A stretch of 59,501 nucleotides of DNA, filler included. It is 4 parts of 4 records of this genome, joined end to end, with 100 filler letters (N's around TTAATTAATTAA, not from the genome) between each part and the next. Parts side by side here need not be neighbours in the genome. Positions count along the whole stretch, not along the records: positions 1 to 27,411 come from DRR723986_2325; 3 more parts are not named here. The stretch is one strand, 5' to 3'. The notes below the pieces were generated by a model. It saw only the letters and a program-made list of their open reading frames with translations. It had not been told where the DNA came from and ran no database searches. The number at the start of each line of letters is the position of its first letter. Position 1 is the first letter of the stretch. This document shows positions 1 through 8,732 of the stretch, piece by piece. Both the position numbers and the translations under genes were made by a program.

Positions 1-1
1 G

Positions 2-298
2 GTGCAGCATATCGCCTTCAAGGTGAAGGATCGGGACGAGCTGATTGCGTTCAAGGACCACCTGGAAAAGAACGGTGTCGAGGTTCTGGGCGTGACCGAC
101 CACTCAATCTTCCACTCCATCTATTTCTTCGACCCCAACGGTCACCGTGTCGAGCTGGCTTGCCCGGATCCCGAAGGAGACCAGCTTCTGGCTCGTCTGG
201 ACGAGGTCAAGTGGCAGATGCTGGAAGAATGGTCGAAGACCAAAAGGGCCCCGAAACACGCTGAATGGCTGCACGCCAAAGAGTTGGCCGATGTGTGA
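2..298 (+). CDS. VOC/glyoxalase family protein, 5'-truncated
   Basis: HIAFKV...SIYFFDPNGHRVEL VOC motifs; runs off the window start. Confidence 0.85.
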   Translation: MQHIAFKVKDRDELIAFKDHLEKNGVEVLGVTDHSIFHSIYFFDPNGHRVELACPDPEGDQLLARLDEVKWQMLEEWSKTKRAPKHAEWLHAKELADV

Positions 299-372
299 GC
301 AAGACACATGCCGCCAGTGCGGCAAATGCCGTTCGATCGATGCCGCCTTGGCGGATCTGGGAGGAGAGCCCG

Positions 373-1983
373 ATGTTTCAGACCTATCAATATCCGCAAT
401 ACAGTTATCGTCAGTCGGAGGAGCAGCAGACAGGTACGGTGAAGCGCCACAAGGTGGTGGTGATCGGAGCTGGGCCGATTGGACTGACGGCTGCGCTTGA
501 TTTCGCCCAGCGGGGCATCCCCACCGTCGTTCTGGACGACAACAACACCGTTTCCATCGGCTCGCGCGCGGTCTGTTACGCCAAGCGACCGCTGGAGATC
601 TGGGACAGGCTCGGCTGCGCCACACGCATGATCGACAAGGGTATCGAATGGAAGATCGGCAAGGTCTTCTTCCGCGACGACCTTGCCTACACATTCGACC
701 TTCTGCCGGAAGACGGCCACAAGATCCCGGCCTTCATCAACCTCCAGCAATATTATCTGGAGGAATACATGGTCGACGAGGCTCAGAAATCGAACCTCAT
801 TGACCTGCGTTGGAAGCACAAGCTCCTGAACCTGCAGCAGGGGGACGATCATGTCGTGCTGACCGTTGAAACGCCTGACGGCGTCTTCAAGATGGAAGCA
901 GACTGGGTCGTTGCCTGCGATGGTGCCAACTCCGACACACGCAAGATGGTCGGGGCAGGCTTTTCCGGCCAGTTCTTCCAGGATCGTTTCCTGATCGCCG
1001 ACATCATCATGAAAGCCGATTTTCCAACCGAGCGCTGGTTCTGGTTCGACCCGCCGTTCCACCGGGGGCAGTCTGCTCTTCTGCACAAGCAGTGCGACGA
1101 TGTCTGGCGGCTGGATTTTCAGCTTGGCTGGGAGGCCGATCCGGAAGAAGAGAAAAAGCCGGAAAACATCATTCCACGCGTCAAGGCGATGCTGGGAGAG
1201 GACAAGGAGTTCGAGCTGGAATGGGCCTCCGTCTACCAGTTCGCCTGCCGGCGGATCGATAACTTCCGTTATGGCCGGGTACTGTTCGCGGGCGATGCTG
1301 CCCATCAGGTTTCACCCTTCGGCGCACGCGGCGCCAACACCGGCGTGCAGGACATCGACAATCTGGGCTGGAAGCTGAAACTGGTGCTGGACGGAGACGC
1401 CCCGGAAAGCCTCATTGACAGCTACCACACGGAGCGAGCCTTCGCGGCGGACGACAACCTGCTGAACTCGACCAGGTCCACCGATTTCATCACACCGAAA
1501 AACGAGGCTTCGCGCAGGTTCCGGGACGCGGTTCTGGATCTTTCCGAAGTGACCGACTTTGCAAAGCCGCTGGTCAACTCCGGACGTCTGTCGGCGCCGA
1601 CACCTTATGTTGAAAGCGCGCTCAATACGGCCGACGAATCCAGTTTTGCAGGCAAGATGTCCCCGGGCACCTGTTGCGCCGACGCACCTGTAAACGTGAA
1701 CGGAGAGGCGGCCTGGTTCCTCAACCAGATCGGCGACGGGTTCACCTTGCTTGTCTTTGGCGATGAAGCTGCAACAGATGTGTCAGCCGGCAACGTCAAG
1801 GCCCAGGTCCTGCGTGTGGGCAAGGACCTGCAGGACAAGGACGGAACACTTGCAGCCCGTTACGATGCGGCTCCCGGCACGGTCTACCTGATCCGCCCGG
1901 ACCAGCATATTGCCGCTCGCTGGCGCTATTTCAACGACAACAAGGTGGAAGCCGCCTTGAAAACCGCGATGGGAGGCGCATGA
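373..1983 (+). CDS. FAD-dependent aromatic monooxygenase (MhpA/PheA-like)
   Basis: GAGPIG Rossmann motif, DG(A)NS, GDAAHQVSPFGARGANTG, C-terminal LIRPDQHIA; ATG at 373 follows GGAGGAG. Confidence 0.9.
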   Translation: MFQTYQYPQYSYRQSEEQQTGTVKRHKVVVIGAGPIGLTAALDFAQRGIPTVVLDDNNTVSIGSRAVCYAKRPLEIWDRLGCATRMIDKGIEWKIGKVFFRDDLAYTFDLLPEDGHKIPAFINLQQYYLEEYMVDEAQKSNLIDLRWKHKLLNLQQGDDHVVLTVETPDGVFKMEADWVVACDGANSDTRKMVGAGFSGQFFQDRFLIADIIMKADFPTERWFWFDPPFHRGQSALLHKQCDDVWRLDFQLGWEADPEEEKKPENIIPRVKAMLGEDKEFELEWASVYQFACRRIDNFRYGRVLFAGDAAHQVSPFGARGANTGVQDIDNLGWKLKLVLDGDAPESLIDSYHTERAFAADDNLLNSTRSTDFITPKNEASRRFRDAVLDLSEVTDFAKPLVNSGRLSAPTPYVESALNTADESSFAGKMSPGTCCADAPVNVNGEAAWFLNQIGDGFTLLVFGDEAATDVSAGNVKAQVLRVGKDLQDKDGTLAARYDAAPGTVYLIRPDQHIAARWRYFNDNKVEAALKTAMGGA

Positions 1984-1986
1984 ACC

Positions 1987-2214
1987 ATGGCCCTAAATCT
2001 GAAGCTGAACCTGACACGAAACCTTCCCGATCCGGACGGCTTTTATGAGTATCTGGTCTCCAGTCAGCGCCATATGAGTGACGAGGAAGCAAACTGCATG
2101 AATGCCAGGCTGATCCTTATCCTCGCCAACCAGATCGGCGATCCGGATGTCCTCAAAGCCGCCATCGACTTTGCGGCCAATCCGAAGGCGGCGGAGAAAA
2201 GGGAAGCGGCCTGA
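1987..2214 (+). CDS. DUF2783 family small protein
   Basis: DPDGFYE..L...NARLILILANQIGD motif; 3 nt after the monooxygenase. Confidence 0.85.
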   Translation: MALNLKLNLTRNLPDPDGFYEYLVSSQRHMSDEEANCMNARLILILANQIGDPDVLKAAIDFAANPKAAEKREAA

Positions 2215-2310
2215 GGCAGAAGGGGAGCACGTGTGCTTCGCATTGCCGCGGCTGTTGTCCGGATGGCTTCAAAATCCTTGATTTTCTGCAACGTCGGGCA
2301 TGAGTAACTC

Positions 2311-2424
2311 GTCATCCCAGCGAAGGCCGGGATCCAGTAATCTGCTGAGCCCACCGTGGTTTTCGGCCGGATCTCGCGGATACTGGGTCCCGGTCTCGCC
2401 GCTTGTGCGGCAAACCGGGACGAC
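2311..2424. repeat. REP/RPE-like inverted doublet
   Basis: GTCATCCCAGCGAAGGCCGGGATCCAGTA ... TACTGGGTCCCGG..CCGGGACGAC between convergent genes; minus frame reads the typical WIPAFAGMT signature. Confidence 0.75.
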
Positions 2425-2456
2425 AAGGAAAAAGATCAGAAGCTGGCGCCTTTCAC

Positions 2457-3005
2457 TCACACCCTGAGCCGCGCCATCGCATAGGCGTCGACAAACGACC
2501 CGGAGCGGAAGGCAAAGTCCTTGTGGGTGCCTTCTATTTCGAAACCAAGTGTCTGATAGAGCCTGACGGCGGCTTCATTGTCGGTGAAGACGGTCAGTTC
2601 CAGGCGGCGGATGTTCATCCAGTTGTCCGCTATTTCGATCAGCTCTGTCAGCATCGCCCGACCGATCCCGCGTCCGGTGTAATCGTCGTGTACGCCCATG
2701 CCCAGACTGGCCGCATGTCCGCGCCGTCCGGCGGAACGGGCAAAACCGGCGGCGGCGACCAGAGACCCGCCCAAAATGCCGACAAGGGACACCTTGTCCG
2801 GTGAGGACTGGTTCACACGGGTCTCGATGTCCTTGCGCCGTGGGTAGGGCAGGCGCAAGGTACCCGCCCGGAACTTCGGCAGACCTTGCAAGACGGTCAA
2901 ACCGTTCACGTCGTCCGGTGTTTCGGCGCGTATAATCAGGCCTTCAGGCCAGCTACCTGCCCTGGAGACCGGTGCAAATTCCGCGGGGATGTCTGAAATG
3001 CTCAT
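2457..3005 (-). CDS. GNAT N-acetyltransferase (YhhY/AaaT-like)
   Basis: LGMGVHDDYTGRGIG, RRLELTVFTDNEAAVRLY..GFEIEG; ATG 3005 preferred over TTG 3047. Confidence 0.88.
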   Translation of the reverse strand: MSISDIPAEFAPVSRAGSWPEGLIIRAETPDDVNGLTVLQGLPKFRAGTLRLPYPRRKDIETRVNQSSPDKVSLVGILGGSLVAAAGFARSAGRRGHAASLGMGVHDDYTGRGIGRAMLTELIEIADNWMNIRRLELTVFTDNEAAVRLYQTLGFEIEGTHKDFAFRSGSFVDAYAMARLRV

Positions 3006-3070
3006 TTTGCTCTCATTCGTTGGATCGAGAGAGCAGGCATCTGACAAACCCTGCTCTTCGAAGCAGGGTT
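3006..3070 (-). promoter_or_regulatory. Putative attenuator (alternative hairpins covering the GNAT RBS)
   Basis: Stem AACCCTGCT/AGCAGGGTT; downstream CCTGCTCTC can pair with GAGCAGG of that stem or with GAGAGCA just before the ATG. Confidence 0.5.
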
Positions 3071-3084
3071 GCGATGCGATCCGG

Positions 3085-3177
3085 CTAGATGTCTTCAGCC
3101 AACAGTGATCCCCTCGCGTCCCCTGCGGGAACGACGATATGCACCACGGTTAGATGAAGGGTCGCGCGATTGATCAT
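3085..3177 (-). CDS. Putative 30-aa leader peptide MINRATLHLTVVHIVVPAGDARGSLLAEDI
   Basis: Open frame 5 nt downstream of TTGACA-N17-GATTGT; ends just before the hairpin. Confidence 0.4.
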   Translation of the reverse strand: MINRATLHLTVVHIVVPAGDARGSLLAEDI

Positions 3178-3297
3178 GCCTCACAATCTTATGTTGTGCG
3201 CTGCCTGTCAATTGTCGGCATAAGATCTCGTCTGGGGGAATCTCCGCCAAGCCGTTTTGCAAACGAAATGCCTGACGTCACACTGGGAGCATCGATC

Positions 3298-3816
3298 ATG
3301 ACATTGGAGGCCGGGGTGAAAATCGGGCTGGGCGGCGGATGCCATTGGTGCACGGAGGCCGTCTTTCAGGCAATTGCTGGCATTTCGAAGGTGGAACAGG
3401 GCTTCATCCGCTCCGATCCGCCAGAAAATGCCTGGTCAGAAGCGGTGGTGGTGACCTTCGATCCGGTCACGCTGCCGCTGGAGGTCCTGCTCGAGATCCA
3501 TCTGCGCACTCACTCCAGCACCTCCCACCACAAGATGCGCGGCAAGTATCGCAGTGCCGTTTACGTCTATGACGCCGGTACTGGTGTGAAGGTCGGAAGG
3601 TTGATGCGCGCCTTGCAGCAGCGCTTTGACGAACCGCTTGTGACGCGGGTAATGACGCTTGCCGAGTTCAAGGCCTCGGACGAACAGTTCCGGAACTACT
3701 ATGCCAAGGGACCGGAACGCCCGTTCTGCAAGACCTATATCGACCCGAAGCTCGCCCTCCTGCGCAAACAATTTGCTGCTGCTCTGAAGCCGGAACGACT
3801 GGAAGCCGCGGAATAG
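3298..3816 (+). CDS. msrA: Peptide methionine sulfoxide reductase A (GCHWC variant)
   Basis: GGGCHWCTEAVF, EAVVVTFDP, KYRSAVY, RNYY..RPFC. Confidence 0.88.
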   Translation: MTLEAGVKIGLGGGCHWCTEAVFQAIAGISKVEQGFIRSDPPENAWSEAVVVTFDPVTLPLEVLLEIHLRTHSSTSHHKMRGKYRSAVYVYDAGTGVKVGRLMRALQQRFDEPLVTRVMTLAEFKASDEQFRNYYAKGPERPFCKTYIDPKLALLRKQFAAALKPERLEAAE

Positions 3817-3849
3817 ACGAAGACTGTAAACAGGTCTGATGTTTGTCTG

Positions 3850-4155
3850 TCAGGGATGAGGATGAGGAAAGCCGTGGCGCTCGGTGAGTGCAGTAAGGAT
3901 CTCGTCCTTGTCATTGATGAAACCGCCTTCAGCCAGGATCAGAACCGGCAGGGACTGATTGTCTTCCCCCAGAAGTTCGACCACTTCCCTGCGCGGTTTC
4001 GGCCAGGCAATGCGGCGAACGTCAAGCAGGTCCGCAAGCTCCGGAAACGAGGCGAGCACGCCTTCCATGAGCGCGCAATGCCAACAATAGAAGGTCTTGC
4101 CGGGATAGGCGGGGTCTTCAAATCCAGGGGCGAGTATGTAGAGCGTGTCTTTCAT
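3850..4155 (-). CDS. DUF3088 family thioredoxin-like protein
   Basis: FYCWHCALMEGVL..FP, PR..VVELLGEDNQSLPVLIL, GFPHPHP. Confidence 0.85.
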   Translation of the reverse strand: MKDTLYILAPGFEDPAYPGKTFYCWHCALMEGVLASFPELADLLDVRRIAWPKPRREVVELLGEDNQSLPVLILAEGGFINDKDEILTALTERHGFPHPHP

Positions 4156-4393
4156 GCCTTGGGCCTTTGCGTCGACTCACCGGATTTGGATCTGGCGCAG
4201 CTATGCGGCAGACCAGCCCAAGCTGCAAGCTCCTGATCCATTCTGGTAAGGAAGATCATCTGGCAGGAGTAGATCACCCCTAAAAGGCCACCCAGGGCGA
4301 CCGCAGAGAGTAGACCCCGGATCTGCGCGGTGCTTGGCCGGGGAGACGCACAACTTTTGCTCGTCTGGCGCCTCTCGCCTCAGACAGAGGCTC

Positions 4394-5176
4394 TCACCCG
4401 AACGGCCAGGAACCGTTCTCGCCAAAGAGGCTTTTCACGTCCGGCCATTCAGCGCCCTCATGATGAGCGGCGATCTCCAGAAAGATCTCTAGAAACTCGA
4501 AGCAGCCGTCGTCATGCACCAGATGGTGCGTCAGGAGGCCGACCGGCTCGGCGCCGGTGTTGCGCCGGCGGGTAAGCTGCAGGTCGAAGCGCAGCCGTGC
4601 ACTTTCCCAGCCGATGAAGCGCACCTGCTTTTTCCATTTCAGGATATCGATGTGCGACTGGAGTTGATGCGCCCGCGGAAAGTTGTGCCAGGTGAAGGTT
4701 GAAAGACCCGACAGGCCGATACCGGGCAGGCGGCGGGAGATTTCAGGATCGATCCGGTTCCAGGGAGGCACCATGGCCTTCACGAACTTGTCGCCGAAGA
4801 GCTCCTGAAGGCAGTCATGACCTGCCTTGAGCTCGGCCATCAGGTCGTCCGGATCCCGCCGGGAACCAAGCTCGGCTGCTTTTTCGCCGAGGTCCTTCCG
4901 CTGGAAATTCTTGTGCTGCCAGCCGTGTTGCAGAACCAGCGCATGTGGTTCATCGTCAAACCGCTCTGCAAGGGCTTTCGTCGCCATCTTGGGGATGACC
5001 GCGAAAGCCAGATCGACCTTGTGGGTGTTGGCAAGCGACAACATACGTTCAAGAGCTGGTGTCGGTTCGATAGCGTCGTCATCGCGCCACCAGAAGCGGA
5101 CCTTGCGGCCGCGTTCGGCAAACCAGTCGAGATGATCGGTAAGCTCCTGCCGGAAGCGCTGCGGGTCAGTGGTCAT
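4394..5176 (-). CDS. Polysaccharide deacetylase-like protein
   Basis: WWRDDDA, QHGWQH, VPPWNRI, GLLTHHLVHD; ATGA overlap with the upstream GT. Confidence 0.85.
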   Translation of the reverse strand: MTTDPQRFRQELTDHLDWFAERGRKVRFWWRDDDAIEPTPALERMLSLANTHKVDLAFAVIPKMATKALAERFDDEPHALVLQHGWQHKNFQRKDLGEKAAELGSRRDPDDLMAELKAGHDCLQELFGDKFVKAMVPPWNRIDPEISRRLPGIGLSGLSTFTWHNFPRAHQLQSHIDILKWKKQVRFIGWESARLRFDLQLTRRRNTGAEPVGLLTHHLVHDDGCFEFLEIFLEIAAHHEGAEWPDVKSLFGENGSWPFG

Positions 5177-6327
5177 GACATCCGGTCTTTCAGGTCTTGA
5201 AGCAGGACACGGGCGCTTTCCTCCGCACCACCCAGGCGGACGCTGTGCTTGCTGCGCGGAAGAGCCAGAGCATCGTCTATGGCAGCGGCAAGCCGCTCCG
5301 GTGTGAGGTCTGCTTCCGGCGTAACGATCGCCTGTCCATGGCCGGCAAGAGCTTCCGCGCGCTGCGTCTGCTCGGTCTCGTTGATCTGGGCAAAGGGCAC
5401 GAAGACAGCCGGAACACCAGCCTGAAGAATGTCGAGCACGGTGTTGTAGCCTGCCTGGCTGACGGAAAGGCGCGCCCGTTTCAAAAGGTCCGGAAAGTCG
5501 CGCCGGGCGCGCTCTACAATGACGCCATCCACCGCGCTTTGCCGGTAAATGGCAAAGGCGTCGTCGGAAATGTCGTGACCGATCAGCACCCGCCACGGCG
5601 TGTCTTCAGCGCGGCGCGACAGTGGTCTGGCTTCCAGTGCCGCCGACAGCAGGCTTTCGGCAACGGCGCCGCCACCGCAGGAAATGATCACCTCGTCCTC
5701 GCCGTCCGGTCCTTCCACAGCAGGCCGTGGATCGCCGCCGACATAACCGGTGTAGCGAACCAGATGGTCGACCTCCTCGGCAAAGGGGAAACTGTCTGCA
5801 AGGCGGATGAAGTCCGGATCGGAATGGATCAGGATCCGGTCGTAGAATTTCAGCGCCTGGTCGGCCATCCAGCGTTCTTTCCAGAGCTGCTTCTTTCGCA
5901 CCAGAATGTCGCGAATGGAAGTGGCAGTCAGCGGGAACTTGCTGCTCGCCTTGGCCGTTTCCAGAAGAGGGGCCAGTTCGAAGTCAAGCTGGCGACGACC
6001 GAAGGGGTAGGTCTCGGTCAGGAGCAGGTCGAAGTCGTCGGCCTCAAGAACTTGAATCGATGCTTTAACGCGGGCGATTTTCCAAGCATCGTCAATATCT
6101 TCATTGTCCAAAGTCACAAGACGCTTGAAGGTCGCGTCCGGACTTCTGCAGGCTGGCAGTTCGACGATCTTCAGTGATCCGGTGTCGAGTGTCGGCGGTA
6201 TGGTGTTGCCGCTGGCAAGTGTCACCTCAACGCCTTCGGCGGCCAGTGCCTTGCCGATGGCAGCGGCCCGCACGACATGGCCTGTCCCGAGCAGATGCTG
6301 AACATGTATGAGGGCCTTGAAGCTCAT
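5173..6327 (-). CDS. Glycosyltransferase, GT-B fold (COG4671/GT28-C-like)
   Basis: HVQHLLGTGH, ETYPFGRR, SQAGYNT, EQTQRA. Confidence 0.88.
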   Translation of the reverse strand: MSFKALIHVQHLLGTGHVVRAAAIGKALAAEGVEVTLASGNTIPPTLDTGSLKIVELPACRSPDATFKRLVTLDNEDIDDAWKIARVKASIQVLEADDFDLLLTETYPFGRRQLDFELAPLLETAKASSKFPLTATSIRDILVRKKQLWKERWMADQALKFYDRILIHSDPDFIRLADSFPFAEEVDHLVRYTGYVGGDPRPAVEGPDGEDEVIISCGGGAVAESLLSAALEARPLSRRAEDTPWRVLIGHDISDDAFAIYRQSAVDGVIVERARRDFPDLLKRARLSVSQAGYNTVLDILQAGVPAVFVPFAQINETEQTQRAEALAGHGQAIVTPEADLTPERLAAAIDDALALPRSKHSVRLGGAEESARVLLQDLKDRMS

Positions 6328-7451
6328 GCGTCTTTCGTCTCCCGGCGGCTCAAGTGGTTCCGCATGGCCTTTTCGGCAAGTGCTTCCAGCCGGGCAGCGC
6401 CTGCCGAAAGCGTATGGAAATGAAGGATGTGGTGGCGGGCTGCCAGGCCAAGCCTGTCCACAAGCGCCGGTTCCCGCATGGCACGGCTGAGGTTGGCGGC
6501 AAGTGCGGATACATCGCCCTCGGGGGACAGCAATCCGGTTTCGCCATCACGGACAATGTCGGGAACACCGAAGGTGTCACCGGCAATCACGCCGACGCCT
6601 GCTGCCTGTGCTTCCAGAAACACGAGACCAAATGCTTCCCGGATTGCGGGCCAGACGAAAAGGTCGTGCCGCGCGTATTGGGCTGGAAGGTCGTCACCGG
6701 GAAGGGCGCCGAGCCAGGTAATTCTTTCGGGTGGAAACAGGGCAAGGACCTGCTCGCGCATCGGGCCGTCGCCGATGAGCGTCAGATGCCAGGGCAGGTC
6801 CCGAAGTTCGCCCAGTGCCGCGGCAAGCACTTCGTAAGATCGCTGCTTGTCGCCTTCGCGCATCATGCCCACGGAGAGCAGTTTCAAAGGACTTGCCGCA
6901 AGCGGCTTGGCATTGGTCGATGCGGCGAGAAAGGGATCGGCATCCAGAAACGGCAGGAGGACCGACAGGCAACGATGCGGCACGACCGCCGCAAGGCATT
7001 CGGCATCAGCGTTGTGGATGGCGGCAACGGCATCGGCGTGCTTCAAGGCTTCATCCGCAGCGGCAAACCCGAAGGCCCAGTCGCCCTGATGCCGTTTCGG
7101 CGCACGGCTGGCTTCAACGATCGCATAGGGAAGGTTGAACCGGTCGGCAAGCGCCGGGCCGATCCAGTCCGGCGCCTTGTGATAGAGATGATAGGTCAGG
7201 AAAAGATCCGGCCGATAGCCTGATTGTTGCCAGTCGGCGCTTATCCGGTCTGCCTCTGCCAGCGCCTCATTCCGCACCTCAGACTGAATGTCGTCGCTGC
7301 CTTCCTTGCGCCAGGACCTGAAACGGCTGGCAATCGTCACTTCGTGTCCCAGACTTTCCAGAGCCTTCACGATCAACCGTCCCATGGTCCGGTCGCCGGA
7401 CGGGACCGGATGATCCAGGGGCTTCATCGGGGCAGTGAAGGCAATGTTCAT
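6324..7451 (-). CDS. Glycosyltransferase family 4
   Basis: HPVPSGDR, EAFGLVFLEAQAAG; ATG 7451 follows AGGA. Confidence 0.88.
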   Translation of the reverse strand: MNIAFTAPMKPLDHPVPSGDRTMGRLIVKALESLGHEVTIASRFRSWRKEGSDDIQSEVRNEALAEADRISADWQQSGYRPDLFLTYHLYHKAPDWIGPALADRFNLPYAIVEASRAPKRHQGDWAFGFAAADEALKHADAVAAIHNADAECLAAVVPHRCLSVLLPFLDADPFLAASTNAKPLAASPLKLLSVGMMREGDKQRSYEVLAAALGELRDLPWHLTLIGDGPMREQVLALFPPERITWLGALPGDDLPAQYARHDLFVWPAIREAFGLVFLEAQAAGVGVIAGDTFGVPDIVRDGETGLLSPEGDVSALAANLSRAMREPALVDRLGLAARHHILHFHTLSAGAARLEALAEKAMRNHLSRRETKDA

Positions 7452-7470
7452 GGTTTTCCTGGGGTTCTGC

Positions 7471-8691
7471 CTAAAGGACTTTGCGGAACTTGTCTGCAAG
7501 GCGATCGAGGCCGGGGTCTGTCGAGAACGTTGTTCTGACCCTCGTGGCCGCTGCAAGGCCGAGACCGTGACGGGTCTCGGGGGCGGTAATAAGGCGCTGC
7601 ATGGCCTCGGCCAGTTCCTTTGGTGCGCCAGGGGTAACAAGCACACCGGTTTCACCGTCGAGGATCAGTTCGGGTATCGCCGAAACCTTGGTGGACAGGC
7701 AGCAGATGCCCATGGACTGGGCCTCCATCAGGACATTGGGCAGGCCGTCGCGGTCACCGGATTTCGCGAGCTTCGATGGCAGGACGAAGAGATCCGCTTC
7801 GCGGCAGGTGGCGATCACCTCTTCGCGCGGCTGCGCCCCCCGCCAGGTGATTCTATCCGACAGTGCAAGCGCATCCGCCCGTGCCTTCAGGTGCTCGGAA
7901 AGGTCTCCGCCGCCGATATGGGTGAAGTGCCAGTTGAGAGACGCAGGCAGTTTTGCAAGAGCATCCAGAAGGTCGTCATAGCCTTTCTTTTCCACGGCCC
8001 GGCCAACGGAAACCAGGCGCACGGGCTCACCGCTGCCATCACGCGTCGTGGCTTTGGTCTTGGGCTCCGGAAAGCCGGAAAAGTCGAGGCCGTGATAAAG
8101 CAGCTCGATCTTGTGAGGATCCTCGGCAAGGCCTTTCAGGTGCTCGGCATTGACCGCGGTACAGGTCACGCCCCAGGCCGCATCGTCGATCTTGGTTTTC
8201 AGGTCCCAGTCGGGGCTGGTCCAGATGTCCTTGGCGTGTGCGGAGAAAGACCATTTGCGGCCGGATAGATGCGCAGCATAACGCGAGGCGGAGCAGGGGG
8301 TGTGCAGATAGTGGGTGTAGATCCAGGTCACGTCTTCCGGCAGTTCATGGGCGAAGACGCAACCCTGGGCCCACCGGCGTCGCCGGTCGGCGTTGGGTTG
8401 ATGCGCGAAATCGGCATCGAACAGAGCCTTGGCAGCCTCGAAGGTCGGCTGTTTCTCCGCCCAGCGTTTGGCGCGGGCAACCCGGGCCGGGTCGTCTTTC
8501 ACGTATTCCGGCAGATACATGACTTCGGCTGAAATCTGCCGGTGCAGATCGTGAATGTACGGGTCGTACGGCTTGCGCAGGGCAACGATCAGGATCTCGA
8601 TACCTCGCCGCTCCAGACCAAGCATTTCCTGGGCGATAAAGGTTTCGGACAGGCGAGGATAGCCTTTGACCACAACGGCGATACGGGACAT
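7471..8691 (-). CDS. Glycosyltransferase family 4 (WcaL-like)
   Basis: GYPRLSETFIAQE, GRAVEKKG, GDRDGLPNVLMEA. Confidence 0.9.
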   Translation of the reverse strand: MSRIAVVVKGYPRLSETFIAQEMLGLERRGIEILIVALRKPYDPYIHDLHRQISAEVMYLPEYVKDDPARVARAKRWAEKQPTFEAAKALFDADFAHQPNADRRRRWAQGCVFAHELPEDVTWIYTHYLHTPCSASRYAAHLSGRKWSFSAHAKDIWTSPDWDLKTKIDDAAWGVTCTAVNAEHLKGLAEDPHKIELLYHGLDFSGFPEPKTKATTRDGSGEPVRLVSVGRAVEKKGYDDLLDALAKLPASLNWHFTHIGGGDLSEHLKARADALALSDRITWRGAQPREEVIATCREADLFVLPSKLAKSGDRDGLPNVLMEAQSMGICCLSTKVSAIPELILDGETGVLVTPGAPKELAEAMQRLITAPETRHGLGLAAATRVRTTFSTDPGLDRLADKFRKVL

Positions 8692-8732
8692 CGGTCAGCC
8701 CTTGAAAGAATGCGATTTGCGGGTGGCGATGG

